Below are positions 8,128 through 18,062 of a stretch of 30,679 nt of DNA, piece after piece (positions within the stretch are counted from its first letter, which is position 1; each line of letters starts with the position of its first letter). The position numbers and the translations under genes are program-made. Source of the stretch: a virus (lineage: Duplodnaviria; Caudoviricetes); the IMG/VR virus record IMGVR_UViG_3300020402_000143, positions 1 through 30,679 of that record; one strand, 5' to 3'. The notes under the pieces were generated by a model. That model ran no database searches. It was not told the origin of the DNA and saw nothing but the letters and a program-made list of their open reading frames with translations.

Positions 8128-11100
8128 ATGGCACAGATAATAAGTTATGGTGGCTACGGTGACTTAGAGTTTAGTGACAAAGCTTCTGATGCACAAATTA
8201 AAGATTACATCGACCGAAACTACAAGGCAATTGAGAATCGTTTCAATGTTCCACACTCTGACCCTGCGGGTTTAGTATCGCCAATACTACCTGATTCTCT
8301 TGAACGTGGTGTTCTTAATGCGAAAAAAGCTTTTAATATTTTACAACTAAATCTTGGAATCAATACTCCTGATGAAGCTCTTTATGACATTCGTCGTTAC
8401 GATGAACGAGCTAAACAGATTCCTATGGACGAGAATGATCGTACAACCCTGATGAACATCGTCGATGCCCCGACTTTGGGTGGAGCCGTGTCGGCTTTAG
8501 CTGACAATCCCGGAGTTATATTCCCTGTTCTTGGTGAATCTATCGGACAATATCTGCCAACAGTTGCTCTAGGTGCCGCACCCCCGTTGTTATTAGCACG
8601 AGGATTAGCTGGATCATTACTTGCTGCGGGTGGCACAGGTATAGGTAGTGGTCTAACAGAATATGGTGGCACTGTCATTGATGCTTTAGCTGAGGCTGGT
8701 GTTGATACAGATGACGGTTATGAAATGATACAGGCTTTGTCTGATCCTGTAAAAATGAAAGAAGCAAAAGGTTATGCTTTAGATCGAGGCTTACCTATTG
8801 GTGTGTTTGATGCAGCTTCTTTTGGTATGGCTGGTATATTAACACGAGCTATTAGAGACTCTGGCCGTAAAATACTTGGCAGTCAATTAGCTACAACTCT
8901 CGGTGCTAGTGGTGCTGAGATTGCTCAAGCGGGTTCATTAGGTGCTATGGGTGAGTATGTAGCTCAGATGTCTGCTGATGGTCAAGTTACATCACCGGGT
9001 TCAATATTACTGGAGGCGGCAGCAGAAGGACCGTTAGGTATTGTTGAAGCAGGGATTAATTTACGAAACGATTACAAGGTTAAGACAGACCCACAAGCAG
9101 ACCCAGATATTGATGATGGTCAACCAATCATGGAACCAGAGGTTGTCAAGACAGAGGAAGTACCAAGATTAATGGCACCAGTTCCTACCGAACTTGAGGT
9201 AGACCAGGACCTAGACAGACAAACAATTAGAGAATTAGAACAGAATGTAAAACAAGCGAAAACAAAAAAAGCTAGGAACATAGCTAGTAAAAAATTAGCA
9301 GATGTAAAAAATTTATTTAAACAAAAGTCAGAAACTGTAAAAGATATAATTAGAGGAAAGATAGCTTCATACATTATAACTGCTTCTAAACAAAGCACAG
9401 CGGATGGAATAGGCGGAGACTTAATAGATCCAAATAAAATAAGAGCAAAAGTTTTAAGCCCATATGAAAAACAATTCTTAGACGATATGGATCAGGATCC
9501 GTTTGGTGTGTCCTCAGCTCAGTTTGAAGCTGAAATTTATAAAGATTTATTTGACAAACGAATTATTAATATTGAGTCAACTATAAATAGTAAGGGTGAG
9601 GCTGTTGGTCAGTACTTTACATTCTCTCCGTTTGATGTTGAGGCATTAAGAAAAGCTGAGGTTGAGCAAGAAAAAGAAAATAAGAAGAAGCCGGTTATGC
9701 GAAAGCTCAAACCATCTAAGTTAAAATACCCGTTTAACTTTGCCAAGCTAAGACCGATGAATCGTGCAGCAACAATTGCAGGAATTACAGCTGCAACTCC
9801 GCTAGAGTTTAATACAAAATTTAAAGAGAGATATGGTAAGTTACCGAATGTAGATCAGATCAAAGCTTTTACCAGAGCTTTAAATACTACACCGCAGCCT
9901 ATATTAGATGAGCAAGCCGAAACATCTTTAATAGAACTGGCTCCAACACTGGATGTTACGAATAAAAATTTAATACAAGATTTGGCTAAGTCTTTTGCTT
10001 TATTTAAACGAAAAGCTAAAAGGGGTAAGTCATCAGCTTTTTTACAAGAAGGAGAGCTTAGGGCTTTAGATACAATTACTAAATTAAGTAATGAAGATGA
10101 AAGATCTCCGGGACTTATACAATTTTTACGTGATAGTCTAGCACAAAAGATGGGTCAACGAGTTCCTACAAAAATCATACAAGATCAAAACGGAGATGTA
10201 CAAGGACAGGTTCATAAACTTGCGTTAAGTGGTAGAAGTTTTTTAGATGTAGGCACGGGACAACCACAAGGAGTGGCCGGTCCGGGGTCTGTGTACGTTG
10301 CAATTGATATGGGTAATCCTGACAACAATAGAATACTTATGACAGAAGCAGAAGCCGCTGCTCATCTAGATAAATCGCTGAAGAAAAGAAAAGTAAATAT
10401 CAATAAAGTTAAAACAAACCTTGTGCCAAACTTACCTCAAGAAAACTTTTTACAAAATATTAGATCTGAAATAAATAGAGTTGCACAAGAGAATCCAAAT
10501 ATTCTCAACCAAGCTAATCCTAATTTTATTGAAATGAATAATGATGAACAACTGCGTATCATTGAAGCAGAATTTTTAGAGGATGCAAAATTATCTAAGA
10601 TACAGGATCTTATTGCACGAGGTCGAAAAGGACCATCGGTAACAGCCTTCTCACAAAATTTAAACCCAGAAGCTCAACAGTCAAATCTATCTGATGAGGC
10701 AAAAGGTGCAAACTTATTAAGAGCAGCGGGTGTAAGTATGCATTCAGAAATAAACAAAGCTGATTATAAAGATGAGAAGATTGATCAAGAACCAACACCG
10801 CCATATACACCAAAAGAAAAAAGACAACAAGACGGTTTATTACGAAGAGCAACGGATACAATGAAATCATTTTTAAATGATAAGTTTTTAAATTTATTTA
10901 TACCGTGGTTTAACAGTGCTTATCATCTAGCACAAAAGAGTAAACCAATTGCGAAGATTGTTAATGTATTAGAACAAAGGGCGGCTCTTCGTCAAAAAAT
11001 ATTAGAACAGTTACAACGAATTGTTGGTGAAAAGTTTAATGCTATAGATGATAATCAGGCATCTAATGTATTTAAAGCAGCGGTTTTTGCTAGAGCCGCA

Positions 11101-13941
11101 CAGATTCAGATTAATCAAGACAGTGAATTTAGAAGATCAGACAATGAAATATTCATACCGGCTGCGGCTATGCTAAGCAGCAATGAAGGTGTTGGCGGTA
11201 AACCAATTAAAGATATAGTGCCGGCCATGTTAGGTGGCATACCAGATGCTGGTATTAGATTGACAGGTGATGAGGTGGTTGCTTACGATGCTTTATTAGA
11301 GATGGGTAAGTTTGAGAGAGATTTAATGATACAAGATACACTTGAAGACTTAATGACCACTATAGAGAACAAGGACCTTGTAATAAATTATGACCCTACG
11401 AATTTAACATCAGCACAAGCTATCCAAGCTTATGCCGATAGAATAAAAGACACATATTTTTTAACCAATGAAGAAGGTAAAGTTATTAGAGACGGAGGTA
11501 TAGCTCAATTAAAACCTAGATTTGGAAATGTAATTTCTCAAATTGATGCAATGGTATTGGATAAAACAAGTAAAAGATTGGAAGCTATTGCCGCAAGTTA
11601 TGACTCTACGTACGTACCCCTCAGTCGTAATGGTGATAAGTATGTTTCTGTTACTGAGAACACTGTTGAAAGACCCGCTAATGCTCCGCCCAAAAATGTT
11701 AAAAGAACGGTGTTTTGGACAGCTTTTGAAACACAATCAGGCACAAACATATTTGAAATGAACCGAGCTAAAAATGTGGACAGAGATTTAAGGAGTCGAT
11801 TTGATCCAAATGAAACTGTTGTAGATGCTGAAGGCAACACTGTACCAAGATATGTGTTTAGTGGTGTGCAAAATAATACATATGATTCTATGAAACAGTT
11901 TTTACCCAGTGATTTTGTAAGTTCGTTGGATACATTCTTACAACTCGTCCCTATACAAGCAGCACCAGGTAAAGAAGAACTTTTGGAAAGAGCACGAATA
12001 TTAGAAAAGTCAAAAGGTTTGCCGTCATTTTTAACACAGTCATACATGATACCGGGTTTTGATTTTGATAATGCTAAGGATGCATTAGGAAAACACATCA
12101 ACTCATTTGCAACGTGGGATGCTGGTTTTAAATTTGACAGTCGTCTAAGCAAAGCTTTAACAGACAGTGATTTTAATCAGGCTGAAGCTAAATATAGAGA
12201 TGAATTAATTAATTATTTAGACAGGGATCCCTATGAGTTTCAACAATTTAGACAGTTAGCTTTTATGTATTATCTAACAGATATTAGTGCATCTGTTATG
12301 AACCTTTTTCAAGGCATACCCGCTGGTGTTCACATTGGTTCGTATAGTGGGATGCGTAAAGCGGCAAAGAATCAAGTTAAAATTATGGCTAATCTTCGTA
12401 AAGCTTTAAAACCAAATGTAAAAACAGATAACCAATTTGATTATGAAAAACTTAAACAAATGTATGGCTCAACAATTCCGTTGTTTAATGATCCAGATCA
12501 ATTAATTGGTACAGTAGTAGCACCAAGCCGTGCCAATGAATATCTAGCCAGTGAAACCAGTGGATTAATGAGAAACACTCGGAACATTCTAGGGACAAAA
12601 GGTTTTTCTAATAAACTAGAAAAATCAACAAGGCTGACAGGTTTAATGTTTACCACTACAGAGGCAGCAAATAGATTATCAACATATATAAATAGTTTCG
12701 AACTAACGTCACAGGACTTCGGTGCTTTACGACGAGGTATGGAAGTAAATCTGGACTCACAATTATTCCAAGATAAACTTCGTAACGATTATAATTTAGA
12801 TCCAGATACTGTTCTCGATAACTTTGAACAATTTAGAAATAATAAAGATATGAGAGATAGACTTAGTCATCTTGTTGCTGAAACCGCAGTTGCCGAAACA
12901 CAATTTATGTATGGTCGTCACGTTAAACCAAGAATAAGTCGAGGCTTGGGTGCAGTGTTCTTTCAATTTACAGAATATCCAACCATGATGTTAGAGTTTA
13001 TGTATAGATTATATAATAGACCAGGCGGTAAAAAAGCTTTTGCTACATATGTTGGTGCTTTGTTGTTAACTTCAGGATTTATGGGACTTCCTTTTGTAAC
13101 AGACCTGTCAGAAATTTATGAACTAATTACAAAGAAGAATGCTAAAAAAGAATTGTATGAAGTTTTAGGTGAGGCAACTAATCCTAAAATAGCTGAGGCT
13201 ATGATGCTTGGGTTGTCACGGTCTGTTACAGGAACCGATATAGGTAATAGAGTTGGCCTTGGAACTCATCCTGTGTCCGGTGGTGTTATCGATATAATTA
13301 AAGGTCATGGTGGAATTTCAAGATTAAATGTTCCGGTTTTAGGTATCACAAGACAACTGCAAGATGCTTATAACTATGCAAAGGTTGATGACTATGGCTT
13401 GGCCCTAGCTTCGGCACTACCAAAGATCATAGGCGCACCTATTAAATCTGGTATGTATGCAAAAGATGGTTACAAAACAAGGGCAGGCGAAAAGATTATG
13501 TTGGCAGAAGATATTGATACATGGGATTTAGTTGTTGGTGGTCTGGGTTTCTCATCAGCAGACATAGCTAGAGAACGTGAAGCTATCTGGATGGCTAAAA
13601 GTTTAAAAGATGCTAGTGCTCCTACCAGAAGAAGGTTCTATAGAAAAGAGCAGAAACTTAGGGGTGATCTTATCAGAGCCGTAGCCACTGGTGATGAGGA
13701 GAAAATTAAAAATGCCAGAGAAAGATTAAAAGATCTTTACTTTGATTTATATGAATATAATGCAGAGGCACGAGAAGAGGGTGAGTCATATCGCCAAATT
13801 AAATTAAACAGAGCAACATTAAAAGAAAATGTTGAAAACGAATTGTATGGTGTTAACTCAACCCTATCAGACTTACCATCACAAACTAGACCTACAGCCG
13901 CAAAACTCTTAAAAGAAATTGTTCCAAGAGGTGTTGACTAA
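8128..13941 (+). CDS. Very large internal virion/ejection protein (PLxRFG-like domain)
   Basis: 1937 aa; hydrophobic Gly/Ala-rich N-terminal region; YVPLSRNGDKYV resembles the PLxRFG motif; QFMYG...FFQFTEYP and GFMGLPF C-terminal motifs; last gene of the ejection block. Confidence 0.7.
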   Translation: MAQIISYGGYGDLEFSDKASDAQIKDYIDRNYKAIENRFNVPHSDPAGLVSPILPDSLERGVLNAKKAFNILQLNLGINTPDEALYDIRRYDERAKQIPMDENDRTTLMNIVDAPTLGGAVSALADNPGVIFPVLGESIGQYLPTVALGAAPPLLLARGLAGSLLAAGGTGIGSGLTEYGGTVIDALAEAGVDTDDGYEMIQALSDPVKMKEAKGYALDRGLPIGVFDAASFGMAGILTRAIRDSGRKILGSQLATTLGASGAEIAQAGSLGAMGEYVAQMSADGQVTSPGSILLEAAAEGPLGIVEAGINLRNDYKVKTDPQADPDIDDGQPIMEPEVVKTEEVPRLMAPVPTELEVDQDLDRQTIRELEQNVKQAKTKKARNIASKKLADVKNLFKQKSETVKDIIRGKIASYIITASKQSTADGIGGDLIDPNKIRAKVLSPYEKQFLDDMDQDPFGVSSAQFEAEIYKDLFDKRIINIESTINSKGEAVGQYFTFSPFDVEALRKAEVEQEKENKKKPVMRKLKPSKLKYPFNFAKLRPMNRAATIAGITAATPLEFNTKFKERYGKLPNVDQIKAFTRALNTTPQPILDEQAETSLIELAPTLDVTNKNLIQDLAKSFALFKRKAKRGKSSAFLQEGELRALDTITKLSNEDERSPGLIQFLRDSLAQKMGQRVPTKIIQDQNGDVQGQVHKLALSGRSFLDVGTGQPQGVAGPGSVYVAIDMGNPDNNRILMTEAEAAAHLDKSLKKRKVNINKVKTNLVPNLPQENFLQNIRSEINRVAQENPNILNQANPNFIEMNNDEQLRIIEAEFLEDAKLSKIQDLIARGRKGPSVTAFSQNLNPEAQQSNLSDEAKGANLLRAAGVSMHSEINKADYKDEKIDQEPTPPYTPKEKRQQDGLLRRATDTMKSFLNDKFLNLFIPWFNSAYHLAQKSKPIAKIVNVLEQRAALRQKILEQLQRIVGEKFNAIDDNQASNVFKAAVFARAAQIQINQDSEFRRSDNEIFIPAAAMLSSNEGVGGKPIKDIVPAMLGGIPDAGIRLTGDEVVAYDALLEMGKFERDLMIQDTLEDLMTTIENKDLVINYDPTNLTSAQAIQAYADRIKDTYFLTNEEGKVIRDGGIAQLKPRFGNVISQIDAMVLDKTSKRLEAIAASYDSTYVPLSRNGDKYVSVTENTVERPANAPPKNVKRTVFWTAFETQSGTNIFEMNRAKNVDRDLRSRFDPNETVVDAEGNTVPRYVFSGVQNNTYDSMKQFLPSDFVSSLDTFLQLVPIQAAPGKEELLERARILEKSKGLPSFLTQSYMIPGFDFDNAKDALGKHINSFATWDAGFKFDSRLSKALTDSDFNQAEAKYRDELINYLDRDPYEFQQFRQLAFMYYLTDISASVMNLFQGIPAGVHIGSYSGMRKAAKNQVKIMANLRKALKPNVKTDNQFDYEKLKQMYGSTIPLFNDPDQLIGTVVAPSRANEYLASETSGLMRNTRNILGTKGFSNKLEKSTRLTGLMFTTTEAANRLSTYINSFELTSQDFGALRRGMEVNLDSQLFQDKLRNDYNLDPDTVLDNFEQFRNNKDMRDRLSHLVAETAVAETQFMYGRHVKPRISRGLGAVFFQFTEYPTMMLEFMYRLYNRPGGKKAFATYVGALLLTSGFMGLPFVTDLSEIYELITKKNAKKELYEVLGEATNPKIAEAMMLGLSRSVTGTDIGNRVGLGTHPVSGGVIDIIKGHGGISRLNVPVLGITRQLQDAYNYAKVDDYGLALASALPKIIGAPIKSGMYAKDGYKTRAGEKIMLAEDIDTWDLVVGGLGFSSADIAREREAIWMAKSLKDASAPTRRRFYRKEQKLRGDLIRAVATGDEEKIKNARERLKDLYFDLYEYNAEAREEGESYRQIKLNRATLKENVENELYGVNSTLSDLPSQTRPTAAKLLKEIVPRGVD

Positions 13942-13961
13942 CCATAACTAAAATATATATT
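13934..13961 (+). promoter_or_regulatory. Putative sigma70 promoter for a leaderless glycosyltransferase transcript
   Basis: TTGACT (13934-13939), 16 nt, TATATT (13956-13961). Predicted TSS falls at about ATG 13969, which has no SD sequence. Confidence 0.4.
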
Positions 13962-13968
13962 TAAATTT

Positions 13969-14754
13969 ATGAAAGATGTCCATGTGGCGATCGGTTGGGA
14001 CTCAAGGGAAATAGATGCATACCAAGTGTGTGAACATTCTCTTGTTAGACGATCGTCAATCCCAGTAGCCGTTACCCCCTTAATGCATAATGCTTTGCGT
14101 GGTTTTAATCTCTTTGATAGAGAGTGGCGCATAGATAAAAACGGTCAGCATTGGGATGTGTTGGACAATGCCCCTTTCTCTACAGAGTTCAGCCATACTC
14201 GGTTTCTTATACCAGAGTTGGCAAGACTCAACAAAGTAAAGGGATGGGTAATCTTTTGTGACTGTGATTTTTTATGGCTGGATGATATAAAAAATTTACT
14301 TGACGAACTTGATGATGACTATCCTGTTATGACAGTTAAATTTAATTATGTGCCTGATGATGGCATGAAGATGGACAATAAGATACAAACAAAGTACAAT
14401 TGTAAATTATGGTCGTCTCTCATGGCATTTAATATGAATCACAAAGCTAATAAAAAGTTAACAAGATATGCTGTTAACGAAATGAAAGGCCTTGATCTCC
14501 ATCAGTTTGCATGGTTATCAAAAGGACCCAATAGTGTAGGAGAAATAAACCCAAGATGGAATTATGTTCCAGGCATAATGGGAGAGAACACCCCTCTCAA
14601 CCCATCAGCTGTTCACTTTTCTTTAGGTGGACCGTGGATGAAAGATTATGCTGATTGTGAGTTTTCAGATAAATGGTTTGCTGAAAAAGCTCACATGGAT
14701 TATCAACATGGATCAACATTGAAGGATATGAAATGCCTACATTTTCACTTGTAA
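13969..14754 (+). CDS. Glycosyltransferase, GT-A fold (GT8/CDI-like)
   Basis: IGWDSRE, STEFSHTRFLIP, IFCDCDFL (DxD), WSSLMAFN, WNY and VHFSLGGPW motifs. Confidence 0.8.
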   Translation: MKDVHVAIGWDSREIDAYQVCEHSLVRRSSIPVAVTPLMHNALRGFNLFDREWRIDKNGQHWDVLDNAPFSTEFSHTRFLIPELARLNKVKGWVIFCDCDFLWLDDIKNLLDELDDDYPVMTVKFNYVPDDGMKMDNKIQTKYNCKLWSSLMAFNMNHKANKKLTRYAVNEMKGLDLHQFAWLSKGPNSVGEINPRWNYVPGIMGENTPLNPSAVHFSLGGPWMKDYADCEFSDKWFAEKAHMDYQHGSTLKDMKCLHFHL

Positions 14755-16364
14755 CATCGTTCCGGGGCGATCACTGGAATCTTTACGCCAAAGATTGTAT
14801 AGAAAGTTTTATTAAACACTGGCCTAAAGATACTAAACTTTATGCTTATTATAATGATTGGCCAGAACGTGGTCTTCAATCATACGACTCAGACAGAGTA
14901 GAGTTTATTGATCTCATGTCTGTGTCTAAAGAACTGTGTGAGTTTTTTAAAAAATTTAAAGATCCAAAAGATGCTCCAAACTGGAGAACAGATGTTAAGC
15001 GATGGGCATACAAAGTCTATACTGAGTATGAGTTCTTTGTAAAGAATCCGCCAAAGTGTGATGTAGGTATATGGATTGATGCCGATACTGTAACATACAA
15101 AGATATACCCAAAGCTAAACTAGAAGCGTGGATGCCTAAAGACAAAGACATAGCTGTGCTTGGGCGTGAGGCAGTAAATTATATAGAAGCTGGTTTTGTT
15201 ATGATGCAAATGACAGAACTTAATAAAGCTTTGTTTGCAGACTTGTTTGGAATATGGGACTCTGGTGAGATATACAATTATAAAGAGTGGCATGATGCTT
15301 TTGTATTTACTAGGATCATGAACCTTCATCAAGCACACGGCTTACAAGTTAATAATCTATCACCATACTGTGCTGACCTTAACGCATTTGAAGCCTCACC
15401 ACTTGTAAGATACATGTATCACAACAAAGGTTTGTTAAAATTTAAACAAGAACAAGCTAATCAAAAAGAACCAAACACAAAAGTCAAAACAAAGAAGACA
15501 GAAGATTCAAATAAAAAACCTATAGTGGTGACACCACAGGACTGCATGCCTATTGAAGATATTCGTATGAATATACTTACAAATGCTAAACGCATGCCTA
15601 CGGCTATAACCAAACGATGTCAATGGAATGATGAAGAAGTAGCTATTGTATCAGCTGGTCCGTCTCTTAAAAAAAGTTTTAGAGAAATACAACAATTACA
15701 AAACAGAGGGGTAAGAATTGTTTGTGTTAAGCACAGCCACAATACTCTTCTTGAAAACAATATTCAACCGTGGGCCTGTACGATATTAGATCCAAGACCG
15801 TTTAACGAAAAATCTACACATGGTTATGTACGTAAAGAATTGTTAGCCGAGCCACATCCACGGGTGATGTATTGGGTGGCTACTATGTCTAACCCTGATG
15901 TGGTTACACACTTGCTTGATAAGAAAGCAAAGGTTGTAGCTTGGGATGCTTATTGTAATGCCATCGAAGGATGGGACTTTTTTAAAAATAGATTGCTTAT
16001 CACCGGCGGCACGTGTGCTGGTATGAGATCAATCGGTTTGTTGCACACTCTTGGGTTTAGAACAATGCATCTGTATGGTTTTGATTCGTGCATCGAAGGT
16101 GAACCAGAGAACAAAGATGAGTTAGCTGAAGACGGGCGTAAGAAATGGTTAAAGGTATCGGTTGGTGAAGAGAACAAACCATATTGGACAACTGGAGAGT
16201 TGCTAGCCCAGGCCCAAGACTTTGAGAAACTAATGCAAAGAGAAGAGATAGATCTTGATATTCACGTTCATGGCGATGGTTTAGTCAAAGCGTTATGGGA
16301 CGATGGGTTAAAAGATAAGATAGAAAAAACAACATACAAGGAGATCTTCGATGACATCCCGTAA
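14733..16364 (+). CDS. Two-domain protein: GT-A-like glycosyltransferase fused to a DUF115/Maf-like (MptE-like) domain
   Basis: N-terminal IWIDADT (DxD), IEAGF, EWHDAFVF; Lys-rich linker; C-terminal VAIVSAGPSL...ILDP...GGTCAGMRSIGLLHTLGFRTMHLYGFDSC. Confidence 0.7.
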   Translation: MPTFSLVTSFRGDHWNLYAKDCIESFIKHWPKDTKLYAYYNDWPERGLQSYDSDRVEFIDLMSVSKELCEFFKKFKDPKDAPNWRTDVKRWAYKVYTEYEFFVKNPPKCDVGIWIDADTVTYKDIPKAKLEAWMPKDKDIAVLGREAVNYIEAGFVMMQMTELNKALFADLFGIWDSGEIYNYKEWHDAFVFTRIMNLHQAHGLQVNNLSPYCADLNAFEASPLVRYMYHNKGLLKFKQEQANQKEPNTKVKTKKTEDSNKKPIVVTPQDCMPIEDIRMNILTNAKRMPTAITKRCQWNDEEVAIVSAGPSLKKSFREIQQLQNRGVRIVCVKHSHNTLLENNIQPWACTILDPRPFNEKSTHGYVRKELLAEPHPRVMYWVATMSNPDVVTHLLDKKAKVVAWDAYCNAIEGWDFFKNRLLITGGTCAGMRSIGLLHTLGFRTMHLYGFDSCIEGEPENKDELAEDGRKKWLKVSVGEENKPYWTTGELLAQAQDFEKLMQREEIDLDIHVHGDGLVKALWDDGLKDKIEKTTYKEIFDDIP

Positions 16365-17259
16365 AGTAGTAGGAGTATTTTTAAATTCAGCTGTGCATCA
16401 GCCACATATTAATACACTGACAGCTATGACTCATGGCATCAGAGAGACAACAGATAACCTTGTGTTCTTATCTAACTCAACTAAATATATGGATTGTGAC
16501 ATAGCCGTTATATTTGGGTCGTGGAAAGATAGACACACAAAACATCACTTATTAAAAAAAGATGTGGTTACTAAACATAAAGGTGATTTACTTGTAGTTG
16601 AGACACCGTTGTTAGGTAGAACCATAACCGAGGACCATAGATATTACCGTGTTGGTAAGGGTCACTACATGGATACCCTTGGTTATTTTAATAATAAAAA
16701 GTCTAACAAAGATAGATGGGGTATCATACGAACCGATCTTGGTCTTGAAATAAAAGACTGGAGAAAAGATGGTAAACATATAATGTTTCTTATGCAGTTG
16801 CCTGGGGATGCGGCAACAGCTAATGTTGATATACTTAAATGGTTACAAGATGAAATAGTTAAATGCAAAAAAATATCTGACAGACCTGTTAGAGTTCGTA
16901 TGCATCCGTTAATATCATCTTATGACTTATCTAAATTTGAAGAGTTTGTGGAAAAACAAAAAGATGTTAGCATGGTGTTCGGACATAATAACCCGATTGC
17001 GATGGATTTGGAAGGTTGTTGGGCTACGGTCTCGTTTACAAGTGGAGGGGCTGTGGATAGTCTCCTTGCTGGTGTCCCTGTCATTACACCTAGTAATCTT
17101 AACTTTGCTTATGCGATATCATCCCACTCTATAGAAGATGTTGAGAATCCAAAGATGGAAGATAGACAACAATTATTTAATGACCTTGCATACACACAAT
17201 GGACAGTAACAGAAATGGCACACGGATTACCTTACAAACATTTAATTAATAATGACTGA
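16351..17259 (+). CDS. Capsule-synthesis-like glycosyltransferase (KpsS/KpsC, GT107-like)
   Basis: QLPGDA (QxxxD), VRMHP (HP) and TSGGAVDSLLAGVPVI motifs; AGGAG RBS. Confidence 0.65.
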   Translation: MTSRKVVGVFLNSAVHQPHINTLTAMTHGIRETTDNLVFLSNSTKYMDCDIAVIFGSWKDRHTKHHLLKKDVVTKHKGDLLVVETPLLGRTITEDHRYYRVGKGHYMDTLGYFNNKKSNKDRWGIIRTDLGLEIKDWRKDGKHIMFLMQLPGDAATANVDILKWLQDEIVKCKKISDRPVRVRMHPLISSYDLSKFEEFVEKQKDVSMVFGHNNPIAMDLEGCWATVSFTSGGAVDSLLAGVPVITPSNLNFAYAISSHSIEDVENPKMEDRQQLFNDLAYTQWTVTEMAHGLPYKHLINND

Positions 17260-17575
17260 TAATAAAGATAAAGATAAAGATGTTGTTGTGCATCTGTTTA
17301 AAGACAAGTCTGAACACATAATGTCAAAGGACGCAGTCAGTCAAATGCCACAGGATAATTTTACAAATATAGTTGTCGATCATTTAGATGTTATTAAAGA
17401 AGATGTTAATAAATATAAAGCCACAGGTATCATAACTGTTTTGTTTGATGATCGAGGTCCTATCATAGATTATTTTGCAGGTAGTGTTAACTTAAACTCA
17501 GCCTATGTTTTGATGGACCAACTAAAGGGTGTTATATTAGATAAGATAGAACAAGCACAAGAGGGAATTGAATAA
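17252..17575 (+). CDS. Hypothetical protein
   Basis: 107 aa, overlaps both neighbours; no recognisable motif. Confidence 0.7.
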   Translation: MTDNKDKDKDVVVHLFKDKSEHIMSKDAVSQMPQDNFTNIVVDHLDVIKEDVNKYKATGIITVLFDDRGPIIDYFAGSVNLNSAYVLMDQLKGVILDKIEQAQEGIE

Positions 17576-17985
17576 TGTTAACAGCACTTATAGGTCCGGT
17601 CACTGGGCTACTTGATAAATTCATAGAAGACAAAGACCAAAAGGCACGTCTGGCTCACGACATAGCTACCATGTCTGAAAAACATGCGAATGCTCTGGCG
17701 AAAGAACAGGCTAAAGCTAACACCGAAGCAGCTAAACATCCAAGTATGTTTGTAGCTGGTGCAAGACCTGCAATCATGTGGGTGTGTGCTATCGGTTTGT
17801 TTGTAAACTTCTTTATCTTACCACTAATGACTTGGTTCACAGCTCTGTTTGCACCAGAAATAAATATGCCAAACTTTGTGGACACAGGTGAACTTATTTC
17901 CTTAACCATTGCATTACTCGGAATGGGTGGACTCCGTAGTTGGGAAAAGACAAAAGGGGTTGCAAGAGAGAATATGAAGAAGTAA
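17575..17985 (+). CDS. Holin, GTA 3-TM family
   Basis: MLTALIGPVTGLLDKFI...FVAGARPAIMWVC...LLGMGGLRSWEK; hydrophobic segments and basic tail; GAGG RBS. Confidence 0.85.
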   Translation: MLTALIGPVTGLLDKFIEDKDQKARLAHDIATMSEKHANALAKEQAKANTEAAKHPSMFVAGARPAIMWVCAIGLFVNFFILPLMTWFTALFAPEINMPNFVDTGELISLTIALLGMGGLRSWEKTKGVARENMKK

Positions 17986-17996
17986 AATAAAAAGAT

Positions 17997-18039
17997 CAGT
18001 GGACTGCGGTCATTCAATGGCAACCAGCACTGTTTGTTT
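17997..18039 (+). other. Stem-loop between holin and pqqA (possible terminator or 5' leader structure)
   Basis: CAGTG (17997-18001) pairs with CACTG (18028-18032), with inner CTG/CAG and GTCAT/ATGGC pairing, followed by TTTGTTT. Confidence 0.4.
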
Positions 18040-18062
18040 AACCATAACAAATGGAGTTGACT

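Noticed and set aside
17986-18062. tRNA or known riboswitch upstream of pqqA
   Set aside because: No cloverleaf, T-loop or recognisable riboswitch consensus; kept only as an unassigned hairpin.
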